NCBI GenBank assembly: GCA_034780895.1
Contig: JAUZTB010000048.1
Coordinates: 15,650,927-15,714,926 of the forward strand
DNA: 64,000 bases
Direction of reading: 5' to 3'
DNA from: Rhynchobatus australiae
Taxonomy: Eukaryota
Below are positions 36,197 to 49,824 of the stretch, one piece after another. The translations under genes and the position numbers were made by a program. The notes under the pieces are model-generated. The model was not told the DNA's origin. It made no database searches and was given only the letters and a program-made list of their open reading frames with translations. Numbering within the stretch: position 1 is the first letter of the stretch; every line of letters starts with the position of its first letter.

Positions 36197-39100
36197 AGAT
36201 TTGAATTTAAGGTCATTTTCAGTTCTACATTTATGTGCTAGGTGTAATGTAGTCAGTATGATAGTGTTAATGAACAAGCATTGGCAATGATTTATGAAAT
36301 TTAATAATTTTGGAACATAGAACAGCATGGAAGAATCCATTTGTCCCGATGTGGCTGACCCAGGTCTGTACTAGATTAGCTCATAACAACTGTTCTCACC
36401 GCTCAGTTCTCTCTCCATGGCCCTATATTCCTCACTGGTTCAAGTATCTAGTTTTCTTTTGAAAGGCAATGGTCTCTGTCTAAGTTACTCCACATGGCTG
36501 AGCTTTGTATACTTCAGCAGTGCACTGAGTAAATAAATTTCTCCCCACCATTTTCTCTCCGATTACTGTCCATGGCACTATGCTGGTGAAAGCTTTTAGA
36601 AATCCAAATGACCCTTACATTCTCATTTATTTGCCAAATGAACAACCATGTTTTGTACAAATTAACTCAATTACTATTCTGTTCTCTGGGCTACATCTTA
36701 TCTCCCAAATTTGCAGCATGTAAGAGATTAAAATGTTATATAATCTGGAACATAAACAAAACCCAGCCATTTTTGGTTCAAAGAATGTGGGTTGAGAGAC
36801 AAGAGGCCAGTCCGACCATGGGAGACAACTAGTCATTTAAATGGTATAAAATGGTGTCTGCCTCATTTTAATAGCCTTTCTACGTTTGACCACAGGCAGC
36901 CAGGTTTCCTGGTCTTTGGGAAACCTGGCAGCTGAAACCAGGTGGGAAGGGGTTATTCTATGAGGTAAGTGCCTTTGCAGCTTTGCTTTGTGACCGAGAG
37001 AAGCAGGAGTGTTTCCTCCAGGCCTAACAAGTTTACAGGTAACCTCTTGCCCACCACAACACGATCATTGTGCTACCCCCTTCCTCAACAACCACCATCT
37101 GCTCTGTCCTGCCCTACAGTGGACTTGCCTGCACACATGAATCCTGGTCAATACTATTCTAATCCAATCCCACCTCCCCCTTCAGTGAACTGGGTCCTGT
37201 CGTGGAAACCCCACTTGAAGAAGTTCCACAAGTAAATTCTGCAGAGCATTTGGGAAACATGTTCTTCCAGGTTTTCCCAAGTTTTCAACAAATTCCTGAA
37301 CAGAACTTGACTCCAGTCTAAAATCCAGGTCAATGCCTCTATGTAAAAGTCCAAATGTTTTGAGCTTTTTATGGCTTTGTCAACCACGTATACAATTTTA
37401 TGGAATTATAAGGTAGAAACTCTTCAGTTAGATGTGCTAAATGTGTGAAACAGGAGCATTCTTTTCACTTCTGAAATTCAGTTGCATTGAATTCAATGGA
37501 ATCGTATTTCAGAGTACAGTAGACACACATGCTATTGCACATTTAGCACTTGATTGATGATGTTTATATACTCTAACATATTTGAACCTGAATTCCTCTG
37601 TGTTCATTCACACCTTAATATGCTTTGCAATTCAATTTATAACTTATTTTTTGCTAAAATACATTAAAGTAATGTCTGATGATTTTTCTATGTTGGGATC
37701 CATGCCATGAAATCTTAACTTGGTTGGCAAGGGAGCAGAAATTCCTTGGAAAGGCCTGCAGTCTTCTTCTAATTTTTTGTTAGATTGAGTTACAAGTTGC
37801 AGTTATTACTATAGAGGAAGTATTTTTAAATCATTGAATTTTGTGCATTAGCTTTACATATAGAAACGAGAATTTAAAATGGATATCAGATTCAATGAAC
37901 AACCAGTAAGTGTTATTGATTTTAGTTAGGAAGGGGTTTATGTGTAATATCTAGTAGTATTCATACTGAAAACATTCAACTGGCAAAGGTACTTTTTGCT
38001 GTCAATCTTAACATGTATCCTGTTAGTTTCATTATACTCAGGAAACTATTAGTGTACCTTAAACAGTGCAAGAAAGCCTTCATTCCCACAGTTACAAACC
38101 AGCAACAAAAGAAATACACTGAGACATGTATAAATGTTAAAATCTACTTTATTAATGACTACTTATGATAATAAGTAAAATAAAACTAAAAATGTTAGAA
38201 GTAAAAATGTTAAACCTTGAACATTAACCCCCAAAAACTAACTAAACTTGTCATGTGTGTGTGGCAANNNNNNNNNNNNNNNNNNNNNNNNNNNNNNNNN
38301 NNNNNNNNNNNNNNNNNNNNNNNNNNNNNNNNNNNNNNNNNNNNNNNNNNNNNNNNNNNNCTTACGAGTATAATGAGACCATGCTAAAGTAGTGTAGTGA
38401 AATGAATAAGCTACTGGAGTATGATAAAGCCATGATAACGGTGAACCAAGTGCGACTCTGAAATGAATCTGTAAATTAGTTAGAAATTCAGCTCCATTGA
38501 ATTCAGAATGAATGTACATCTGCTACTATATTGGATATTTAGAGCATGCAGCCAAGGAATTTTGTTCAGATGAGATCATTTTTTTATTGGGCTTTCCAAA
38601 TTTAAAATGGCAGATGATATGTTAGAATGTTACACATCAGTTGTTTCACCATGCCCAAGATAGTGCTTTAGAAGAAAAAAATTGAATTTGCTTTTCCAAA
38701 TGAATTGGCTGTACAAAACATACAAATATGCTCCAAGCAGAAGAAGAGCCAAGTTAATGCAAAGAGCAAAAGGGTAAAAAGCTTTGCAACTTCAGATAAC
38801 TGTTGGAGTTGGAGGAGGAGCTTGTCAGCACAACCTGTTGCATTCCTCATGAAACAGGAGTTTGAAATTATCTAGAAATTAAATCGTATTTTGTAGTATC
38901 TTTCAATGAAGCTAAAAATAGATTTTTCTAGAACGAAACACGATAGTGAACATTTCCAGATTATTTTGCGCCACTCAGAAAAAATTTCAACTAGACACTT
39001 CCTGCTGTTAATCACAGTTCTGACCCTGATGTGATTTCTGCATCAAGGCATGGGAGGTGTGGGTTTTCCCCTTGCAATGCCCCCTTTTGGAACAATGTGG

Positions 39101-40639
39101 AACTTGGTTCACATTGCCCTGAGGATGCTCTTGGTTTGGCGTTTCCGAGCTTCCACTCAGTAACCTGTGAGGTAAGTAGATTACCTTTTCGTAATCTTTT
39201 GGTTCCCCTCCCACAATCAACAGACCCTCCCCACCACTCTGTGACCTGCAGCCTGCATCCTGAATTCTTGAACTCTGTCCACTCCCTGATCTGTGGACAT
39301 CTGACCAGTAATTTCCTCACCCCTGCCTACAATTTGCTGCTGGTCCCAATTTCTTTTCCCCCACCTCAGAGTTCCATCAGCCTGATGCCCTAACCCATCG
39401 CTGTATTCCCTGCAATAGTGTCAGCTTCCTGCTCCCTCCCACCTACAACTCCCCCTTCACACACACAGCTGTCGTCCAGCCCCTTCTCTCAATCCCCCAC
39501 CACTCCGCCAGCTTCCTGCTCCTGTGATCTGTCAACCTGAAGGCACTGTTGGTTCATTCCATCTGACCCCTACCCCAACACACATCACCCCACCCACACA
39601 TACCACCGGACAGTCTTCCCCACTCTCTGTCCCTTTCTCTTTTCTCATATGACGGGCCTCTCTTCCTCCACGAGGGCACAGGCCCAATCAGGCTGATGTC
39701 TGGAAAACTCCTGAGCCTAGTTCTGGGCAGGAGTATCGGGCAGCACATTTTCAGCTATGAAAATGAGCAACACCCAGTTGTTGTCTGACACCCCAGTTGC
39801 AAATGAAAGTTTATGTGGCAGCCCAAGTTTTATTGAAACCCTAGCTATTCATGGTTCCAGTGCACGTTAACAGTGTTCATTCATCCCTGGGCAACCCACA
39901 CTTTTGGTGCATCAGCTGAGAACCATGTCTATGTAATAAAATGACTATGGAACATTTAGAAGTTTAACTGTTTTGTAGAACTGATAATGCTGCATTTATT
40001 CATAGGAAACAGGTATATGAAAAGAGTCCCAGCCACTTGAGACAAGCAGTGTTGATGGCACCATTCATTTTGTCCAGAAATTGGATTGTACAGTAAACAA
40101 CTGTTGCATTAAGCATGGATAACAAATTGGGTCTCCCACTAAAAATTGTGGAAATGAATGAAATCAAGCATGAAACAGACATAACACCAGATATAGCCCT
40201 AAAGAAAGATGTGCAGAATTCTCAACAGGTTTACACTTAATTCTGTGTAGCTCCAGGTACTATGCTTAGCAGCAACCAGAAAAGGGCATCTGCTCTTAAA
40301 GGCACCCTCCCTGTGGCTGTCAGATGGCACCATTACGCATTATGGCTGCCATGGAGGAGCCAATAGAATTCAGGATGGAGGCAGACTTCTCCCACATTCA
40401 CTCAAAGGGACATACATGTAAGAGAGATCCATGACAGGAGAGTCGGTCTGAGCTTTGTACTGCAATCTATGTTGATGTGAGAAGTAAGAGACATTGTGCC
40501 ACTTGTAATATTATTTGATATGCACCAGATATTGGGAACATGCCAGGTGTGCAAACATGGACCACCTACAGAAGTGTATGGGTCAATTTTGTGATCTGTA
40601 CAATCTCATTGAAGATGATTGCAAGCATCATCAACTGTG

Positions 40640-41045
40640 GGTAAATGCAAGTTTTGCAGATCAGAGCCAAAAGAATTGGCACTAAATTATCCAATTTACG
40701 GGCAATTATATCCAGACTAAGTTTTATTTGCTTATCACTTACATGCTTGACAAGCTCCATTGCCCCCCCTGTCCCAAACACATTAAAACATATTCCCATT
40801 TATGAATCCCCATGTAACTTTAGCCCTCCTATATTTGCAATCTTCTCTAGCCTAGATGCCAGCATATTGCTTCCATGAATCAGACCCTGGCCTCCTGTGC
40901 CTCCCATTATTCTCTGTTCTACATTCAGTGGCAGTCTCCACTCAGCATGACATCACACTCTTGAACTGCCTCCATAAATTCCTCCAGTTTACTGCATCTC
41001 ATGATCTATTTTTCTGCTGCCTGAAGACGTTTGCCATTTTGGCAT
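40640..41045 (+). mobile_element. Probable L2 LINE 3' remnant
   Basis: Decayed L2-like 3' phrases (ccctcctatatttgcaatcttctctagcct; ctggcctcctgtgc). Confidence 0.35.
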
Positions 41046-42779
41046 TATGAGGTAAGTTGCTGTTACTTCCAGAAACACTAGCAGCAGACTCCTGAAATGA
41101 AACAGAAGTAAAGGAATACATAAGCAAATAGTGCTTTGATATTTATTTACTGTGGCAAAAGATGACTTCAAGCAGGATGTGAGTTGATTTCAAAGGACCA
41201 CCTTTGCTCATTCACCTAGTCATCACTTTGACCAGCTAAATGTTTGGTCCAAGTAAATATGTTGTACACAAAGGACTTCTTGTACGCAGATTTCTCCACA
41301 CATCCCAATTTGTTGTTTTCAGCATCAGGTAAGATGTTAACCATGTTAGGAATTGGTGGATGTCAGTGCTACCAGTTTTTCACATTGGTTGTATTGGTCT
41401 GAGCTTCCTTGGACTGTGTTTGCATTTTTTCCCTTTTGGGTCAAGTTCATGCCAGTAACACATTATAGTAAATTTCCACAGCTGAGAAAGTTTTCCACAT
41501 TAAATAGTTTATGAATTGACAAACAGCAGGCAATCATACTTTAGCAAATTTGCATCAATTTTGTGAATTGGAAGGAAGACTAAGGGAGATCTTAATCAAC
41601 AAAGCTTGCCACCTAATGACTCAAGTGAAAGACACTGTTCAGTTTGAGGGTGGAGGTTGGGGATTTGGGAGAGGGTCAATAGCTTGCTGTAAACAAGCAG
41701 GAGTGGGCATGATTGGTCAGGGTCAGGGTGGGTGGAGGTAGGTACCAGTGGAGGAAAGCTGAGCAGAGTTCCCTACACCATTCTTGTAGCCATATCTCTA
41801 CCTAGCCCCATGTAACTAATATTGGACTCAGCATTTTGGCACCTCTTCCTCTTTGTTGGGCAACTTACTGAGTGGATGGTCCACCAAATTGATCCAGAAT
41901 GCTGCATAAATTAATCAGTTTACTGCCAGATTCAGGTGTGCCCAGCAGAGGTCTGAGTTACATTGGCAGCAAAACATGAATAAATGTCTTTTAACTTAAA
42001 ATCATCCACTTTTGCCAAATGAGGTGAGATGCAATCTCCCCTGCTGTATTAATAACTGACAGAAATTCATCATAAAAGAAGAAAGTAAAGAAAGATGCAA
42101 AAAAAAACTGAGGGAAATCATCGTGATTAGGACCTCGGCTGTGAAGTGCTAGTGGCTATTTTCCTTTTCACCCCTTTGAGGTTTACAACTTGCTTCTGAT
42201 GTAAGTGATGCAAAGTAGCTTTTACTTTGCATCCCATTCCTCTTTCATTCATTTCTTATGGAGCTAATAATCCTGTTCTTATGGGGCTGGAGCTGAGAGA
42301 CTTCAAACTGAAAATCGTAACTTTAGGACTGGCGACATTTTGTGCTCCACATTCATTCTGGACATGTGGTTTTGCTCAAAGATTTGCTTATGGTGCAGGT
42401 GGGAGTGTGCCAGCAAACCCACAGCAAATCAGACCCAGACTTAACTGCTGCCTAATTAAGTTCATAAGTTCTCAAGAATAACGTGTCAGCAGTTAATCCA
42501 TAACAGCAAATAATCAGGTAACGCTCAACTCAAGTATTATAAGACTGTGGTTTCACAGAAATGTTATAGCATGCTCAATAAGCAAAACAATCTGAGTAAA
42601 ACCAAATGGTTGAAAGGGAGCTGGGAATATTGTTGGTGCCACAGGGGTGTGTCCAGGATTGAAACTGGGATGGTAAACAGCTGCAGTGGGAATAGATATT
42701 CCAATGAGGGGGTGGTGAGCCCAGGGACAGCTGAATGGAATCAGTTAAATTATTAATTCTAAATTTATTCTGTTTAAAA

Positions 42780-43085
42780 CAGAGTAGATATGGTAGGACT
42801 ATTTCCTTTGGCTGGAAGCCTCAAATAGGAAGGCATAACCTTAAAATTAAAGTTAGGTCATGTTGGAATGAAATCAGGAATCACCTGCTCCACATAAATG
42901 TAGAAAACATTTGGAATTCTCTTCATAAAAAACTATGGATGCTGGATGTATTGAAATTTTCTTGGCAGAGGAACAGGTTTTTATTCAGTTAGAAAGGGAC
43001 GTGGATCACATGTGGATAAAAATCAGCCATGCTGAAATTGTGCTACTAGCATGATGGCCTGAGTGGCCAATTTCAATCCCTCCAG
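42780..43085 (+). mobile_element. Old CR1 3' fragment
   Basis: ggcataaccttaaaatt...catttggaattctctt...tcagccatg...ggcctgagtggcc CR1-type tail. Confidence 0.5.
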
Positions 43086-43329
43086 TGTCATAAATATTTT
43101 AACCTGGGTTACTAGTTTCACTGTTTTATATCTTTTCTATTCACCTGGATTTCTTCAATGTGTTGATACAAGTAGTTGGTTGAAGCTTTCTCTGCTGCAA
43201 AGGATTCAAAGACTCCCTGCTTCTGACTGGTCTATCTCCAATCAGCAGTAATTAGTCTGGATATTTTTAGCCTAGTTTTCTTCCAAAGCCTGTGGTAAAC
43301 ATACTACTACTGATGTGCCAGCTCAGTGT

Positions 43330-43590
43330 CAAATGTGGCTCAGTTGGTAGGCGTCTCTTCTATGAATTGGAAGGTTCTCAATTCAAATTCCAGAACTCGG
43401 GACTGAACACAGTCATCAAGTCTAAATGCCAGTACAGCACTGAGGAGATGCTGGACTGTCAAAGGTGTTATCCTTCTGATAAGAATTTAGCCCCGTCTAA
43501 TGGACATAAGTAATCCCATGTCTTATTGAGAAGAAGAGCAAGGGAGTTATCCCCAGTGTAGTGCTGGTATTTATTCATCTATCATTTATG
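43330..43590 (+). mobile_element. DeuSINE (SacSINE1/AmnSINE-like) tRNA-derived SINE
   Basis: tRNA head tgtggctcagttggtag...ttcaaattcc, then Deu-domain-like gcactgaggagatgctggactgtcaaaggtg...atcccatg...gaagaagagcaagggagttatcccc. Confidence 0.65.
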
Positions 43591-43599
43591 GTCTCAATA

Positions 43600-43865
43600 C
43601 ACCCCAAAGTGCTTTAGTGTCAATTAAATGCATTTAAAATGGTCACCATTCTGATGCAGTAATTGAGACACAACAAGCTCTCACAAACAGGAACATGATA
43701 ATGTCCTTACCTGTACTTCTTTAAAATCATTTCATAGGATCTCCTCACCCATCCGAGAGAGTCAACGAGACCTTCCATCGATCGGACAGTCCTCCTTCAC
43801 TGAGTTTTAGCCTAGTTTATGTGGTCAACTGTCTGAACCAGAAATTGAACCCACAAACTTATGCA
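43600..43865 (-). mobile_element. Second DeuSINE-like copy, inverted relative to the first
   Basis: cccaaagtgcttta (tail), ggatct...catccgagagag (reverse Deu core), attgaacccac (reverse B-box). Confidence 0.5.
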
Positions 43866-46119
43866 TTGGAATCACAACCCCTGCCATTCTTCTTCTCTTT
43901 CTACCTTTGCTGTGAACCAAATCTGAAAGAGAATTCATTTAAATATTAGGCTTGGTACTAATGCCTGTACTTTACTGGGACATCTTCACTGGACCTGGTG
44001 GGACTTAGGACTAGCCTATTACTATTACATTGAGGATGCAGCTGTCCATGTAACATAGTTCCTTCCTTGACAGTCCTGAACCAATTGTTTCTTGAGTATC
44101 ACTTTGTGGAACCCAAATATTGTCCAGTGCAGAAAGCATATTGATTTCCTTTGGTGCTATTTGTAAACAAGTGTACTTGGTTGGTCTTTTGAAATTCCCA
44201 CCAGACATTGCCCCAGAAGCTTGATTCCCTTCATCTCTTCATCAGCCCCCCACCACCATCATCCCATTGGACTCAGTAGGAGGTATAAGCATGGCGGAAG
44301 TGATCACCATCCAAATTTTCTATCTGTTCAAAATTTGCTTGAATCCCACCCTTCAGAAAAGGGCACTGTTTCTAAGCCAAGGATTAGTTATGATACAGTA
44401 ACCAACAATAGCATATTGATAAATAATGAACAGTTTGATGATTGCCATCCAGTTAATCTCATTGTCTCAATCGTTCTATATACCCTGCAAATTTTGCTTC
44501 TTTTAGTGCAAAATACCTAATTCATAGAGATTCATCAAACATTTTAATTCATGGATAAGTGATTCAATGGTGTAAGTTTGTCTTTGTGTTGAATGGGTAT
44601 AGTGCTGCCAGGAAGAGTTGTGTGGCTAATTCTTGGCTCTGCTTACTTCCCAAATGAGAAAAAAATTCAGGAAGTCTCATTAACCACACCATCTTTTGTT
44701 TCTTTTGAGGACACAATCCTTTCTTTGCAAGTGCAGAGGTTTCAGCAGTCTCCAAATAAACTGCAACCAGAAGAATGTGGACATATTCCAAAACCCCAAA
44801 TCCAGTAGCAGATAGTGTTCAAGAGTCCCTTTCAACTGAATCACATTTTGGGATAAAGTATATGGACATCACTTAGCATTTGTGCAAGCACCAGGGTTTG
44901 ACTGGGCTCTCAGCAGCACAGTGATTTCGAACACATTTTGACAATAGCTTATGTGAAACTCCATAATGGTGCATTACATTGCAACATTGTTTTGAATTCT
45001 TTTGATGAATTCTTATGTATAGTTCCTTTTTTAATTCATCCATTCTTCCTTTTTCTTGAAGTCCACTGTCGAGCTCTGAGATAATGCTCCAGTGATTATC
45101 TCAGAGCTCCACAAAGAGCCAAAACTATGATGATCCCTGTACTGATCCCCTTGCCCCATTTGGGAAGTACAAAGCTTACATAATGCTTCTTTATTGCAAA
45201 CACAGCTGCCAAGGACAACTCTGTGTGGGTTGTGGAATCAGCCTGGTATTTCACCTTTCCAGTGTGTCCTTCTTTGCCGCACTGTGCCATCTCAAAATGG
45301 CTAGAACTTGTAAATAACCTGAGGTGTTTAGAAAAGCAAAATCACTTCACCTCTGACAAAAAAAATGTGCAGCTGAACAACTGGGACCCTTCACTTTCAC
45401 TGAGTCTTGTCTTCCTAAAATAAACAGGAAACCAGTCAAGATGTTATTTCAAACGGCAGTGAGGCTTTTAGTAGCAGAATGAGATCAGAAAGTGGAAATG
45501 GAGGAGAACCAAATGATGAAAAGTCTAAATTATTAAGCAAGCAAATTAACAGACTTTCAGAAAGGAGGAGGAAGAATGAATAAATCTGCCTCCTCCTCAT
45601 TCATTACGAGGGATGTCAAGACTGTACCTTGATCAGGAAACACAGCTTCACTGGAGTCACTCTAAGCTACTCTACTGCAAACTGTAACTCTCTGTAAGGT
45701 TAAACTGAAGCAAAAATGTAAACAAAAACATTGCAACAGAGGTTGAAATGGTTGCTAGTCATGTTGCTAAGCAATATAATACCGCACTTTGGCTCCCTGC
45801 ACTGCAAAGACTGAAAGGCTGCATTAATGGCAAGTATTTGTCATATGACCCTCATTACTGTCCATCTGAAAGTTATTTCAGGAAAGAACGACTGATTTTC
45901 TCTCCGATCAGGCAACTTGCCACTGTATGGTCATAAAATTCAAATATTCCGATGTGACACATTAACACTTTGTGGTTTTCCTTTCTCATGCTGGCTGACG
46001 TTGTTGTTTTTGAAACATACTTAAACACTTGCAGTAACATGTTTTAGTTGTAATTAAGAAGTTTGTGTAATTGTGAGTAATAAGTCAAGTATAGTAAAGA
46101 AGATTTAAAGGTATGTGCA

Positions 46120-46191
46120 TGAGCGCACATACATAAACACATGCACAAACGCGCGCACTCACACACTCTCACACACACACACACACACACA
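46120..46191. repeat. (CA)n microsatellite
   Basis: Read directly from the sequence. Confidence 0.95.
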
Positions 46192-49100
46192 AAATCCTTT
46201 CAATAAAAAGTATTAATTAACAGGATTCAGGAAGACATCTGCAACTACTTTATCAGTTTAAGTACTCATTTCACACTTATTTTTGTTCTAAATGCAGGCT
46301 TATTCAAGTGCTGCTTTTTACTTTCAGGAAATAAAACACTAGTGTTACATCTGTGTTTGATGGTTTAATCATCAGAAACAAACAGTAGATTATTGAAGAG
46401 GATTTAAAATGTAATTTTGAATTAGAATATTAATTCAATATTAAAAAGTCAATAAAAGATTGTCACCAAAAAAATGAGACAGAGGATTCAGAAGAAATTT
46501 CTTTGCACAGCAAGTCACTACCACAGGGAGCAGCTGATGTAAATACTATTAGTTTGAAGGAAAACTAGAGAAGCATATTAAGGGAGGCAAGAATAGAGGG
46601 TTAAGTTGATAGATATTCATGGGGAAAATGAGAGGAGACTCGTAAAGCATACATTTTGGGCTGGACTGGTTAGGATGAATGGTCTGTTTGTGTGCTGTAT
46701 ATTCTAGGCAATGCTTGTGCATTTGATGCTGAAGTTTTGCATCAGGCGTTATAAACCACTTGTGCAAATCTTTTCCTCACAGAATCAAGTAGATGCAGTA
46801 TGTCCAAGATGCAGTAAACGGTATGATCTGTGAAGACAGCAACTTTGATGAGTCAAATGGCCTTTTCTCATTCTACACTTACATTTTTATTAGAGATGGA
46901 AAAATATTTAACAAACTTTTCCCTCTATCTCACCTCATTGTGTTAATAAATATGGAGATAAATTTTGTCTTCTGAAATTGGCTGCACATAGTACTCCAAG
47001 TTCTGTTTTCAAGGATCTTATTTCAGTATTTTGTTGGACATTGTGCCATTTTTGCAAAGTAATAGACATGCTACATCCACCAATATTGTGCATAAATATT
47101 TTAATCCAGGCCCTAAAGGAATTGTAGAAACATATTTTAACCTTCTGTTAAGGATTTTCTGAAGCAAGAGGGAACTTAACAGAACATGGTTTCCAGAAAC
47201 ATTTGACTTGCTCTCCCCCTCTCCCTTCAGTCATTGGTTCTGATTCATCTGCCATGCTGTCTCCCTTCCTTGATCAATGTGTGGTGAGTGCTGCTCAGGA
47301 TTTATAACTTGGTAATATTTTGGAAAAACGCTTTAAACATTGAAATTCATCTCTTGGTATTATGTATCCCCTTTTGTTTCAAGCATACTCTCTTAAGTGT
47401 CCTATCATGCTAGAAAGATTAGGTAAGTCACCTGAGTAAATTGTTGTCTGACTTCTCAAACTATTCTTAAGCTTTAAAGAAGTTGATAAGTGCCATTGCT
47501 TTACAATGTTGTACATGACGGAGCCCTATTCCATAGGGCTAAAGACTCAGTAATTTTCAATGTTAGATGAGTAAGAAGTACTTGATACTAATCAGTGATG
47601 GAGTGCATGCTTTCTTTAGGTTAAACTTTAGATTAAATATATTATCTTCCTTTGATATCAAACTTCTTTAAAAATTGGTGGTTTTCTCAATTTCATCATT
47701 TTCTCTGTTCCTGAGATGCTAAAGCATCATTTCAGCCAAATAGCCATTCTTTGTTTGTCAGCCTTGATAATGAATGTTGGGGTTTCACCAAACAGAAGTT
47801 GCGTCAAGCCAAAACTAGTTCTGTCCTCATCCATGTGCTTCACAGCACAAGCCATTAGATAGCAATCAGTGATGAAAACTATTTTCCCTCAGCCTGGATT
47901 CACCAACCCAATTGTAATGATTATTTATCAGGTAATTCAGCAGAGACCAGGGATTGAACACTTGCCTAGAAATTCAGTTGCATAACTTTTTTGAGTGTTA
48001 TGTAATTGGAAATTAACTTTTTCCAGAGTGAACTTCAATAACAACCATTTCCAGGAGATTTCATGTCATTTCGGAAATTCAACTGGGCAGTTCTGGGCAT
48101 GAGTCACCCTTGCGTTCCTGATGTGATTTCCACATTGGGGTGCACGGAATAACATAATCCCCGTAGCATTGCTTCTTTTGGAGCTTTTCAGGGAAACCCA
48201 TTGTTCGGCAGTCCCAGGACAATCCAAATTTAACATCAGACTGAGTGTCCTATTGACTTTGCATTCCTTAGCACATCCCTCCTCAACTATCACTCAATCT
48301 GCTATTAACCTTATTAATCCCACAGCCATTGATCCCCAATCCTCAACCTCAGGTGTGAAGGGAATATAAGTTTTGCAGCTGGTCATCAATGGTCTGAGGT
48401 GTTGTTGGCACCCACTGCTACACCCATCCAGCACACCATTTAGGTTACTAGAACTTGTAGCCATTCTCACTACAGTGCCCACTCGGTACAGTAGTGATGC
48501 ATTTTGCCAGAAGAATACTCAAGGGGCTTTGTTTAGTCTATCATATGAGCAGTATGTTTCCTTTACTTCTCTGCAACCTTTAAGTTGCTGTTCCCCTATC
48601 TCTAGGTTCTAAGTAAGAGTGAAACTTTCTGGTTCAGAACTTCTGTAAACCAAAGAGCTAATATGAATATTTTGCTCCAGACCTCCGCACAAAGAACAAA
48701 TATTAAAATCTCCAGCCTCTTTAAAAAAAAACAAAGAGACTGCTGTTGACAGCTGAATCCCATAAGCAGGATGTAGCAGCTGTGCGCAGTAGCAAAGCTG
48801 GAGAAGAGTGCCTTCTGCATTACATGTATCCCATGTAAAAGTAAGCCCATGGCATTACATGTCTGGAATCAAACTGAACGGAACATCCAAATCTGTTTGA
48901 AAACTTTTGGATTGCTACTGATTAATTGTGGTGCCTAATAAAAGTGAAATGTTAAAAAAACATAACATTTCTGAGTCTGAACTTAATTTAAATGATCTGT
49001 GGGAACTCTAGTTTCGATTCCCATTTTAAACAAATTTGTAGGTAATATAGATGTAAAGAACTTTAAATTAACTAAAAGAAATTCAAAAAGTTAAAATAGA

Positions 49101-49566
49101 GACGAGTGTCAATTCTCAAAATGGTTGTAGCTTCTATCCTGCCTGTGGGTGCTCTGCCATACAGGAAGGCAGAGAATATATGACTGACAGATGAATATCT
49201 CTAACCCATAAATTAAATTTCAGTGCAATTTCTCTGCTACAGCAACCAGAAAGAATCAGCAATTTATATTCATTTAATGCCCCTACTTCCCAGTTATTTG
49301 AGTGGGTTGCAGCATGAAAAGATAGGAAATTGAGATGGAGAAATGGAGAGAGAGATGGATTTCGGGAAGAAAGATGGAAGGGAAGGGAAACCGGGATGGC
49401 AGACTTCAGTGCAAAAGAGCAACCCTGATTAGGCAATGGGGTCTGGGAGCCATGATCAGGCCAGATGAACCAGGGAATGAGTTGAGGACAACAATCAGGG
49501 GACCCGGGGCTGAGTTAGGGGGCTGCAATCCCATCCTACCCAGGCATAGTAAATAATCTTCAATAA

Positions 49567-49812
49567 GCAGTGGCATGGTAGCGTAGCGGTTAACGCAACG
49601 CTATTACAGCGCCAGCAATCAGGGTTCGATTCCCATCGCTGTCTGTAAGGGGTTTGTACCTTCTCCTGTGTCTGCGTGGGTTTCCTCCGGGTGATCCGGT
49701 TTCCTCTCACATTCTAAAATGTACGGGTAGGTTAATTTGGGGTTTAAAATGGGCAGCATAGACTCATTAGATCGGAAGGGCCTGTTACCACACTGTAAAT
49801 AAAATTTAAAAA
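49567..49812 (+). mobile_element. V-SINE (HE1-like) with CR1-type tail
   Basis: A-box ggtagcgtagcggtta, B-box ggttcgattccc, V domain gggtttcctccgggtgatccggtttcctc, tail gaagggcctgttacc...ctgtaaataaa. Confidence 0.88.
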
Positions 49813-49824
49813 AAAATTTTAAAC

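Noticed and set aside
46604-46620. agttgatagatattcat, resembling the alternative NFAT1-B terminus (ELID.H)
   Set aside because: No AG acceptor or polypyrimidine tract upstream; chance similarity.
49567-49640. tRNA-like A/B boxes (also at 50050-50123, 56236 and 58586)
   Set aside because: These are SINE heads followed by V domains, not tRNA genes.
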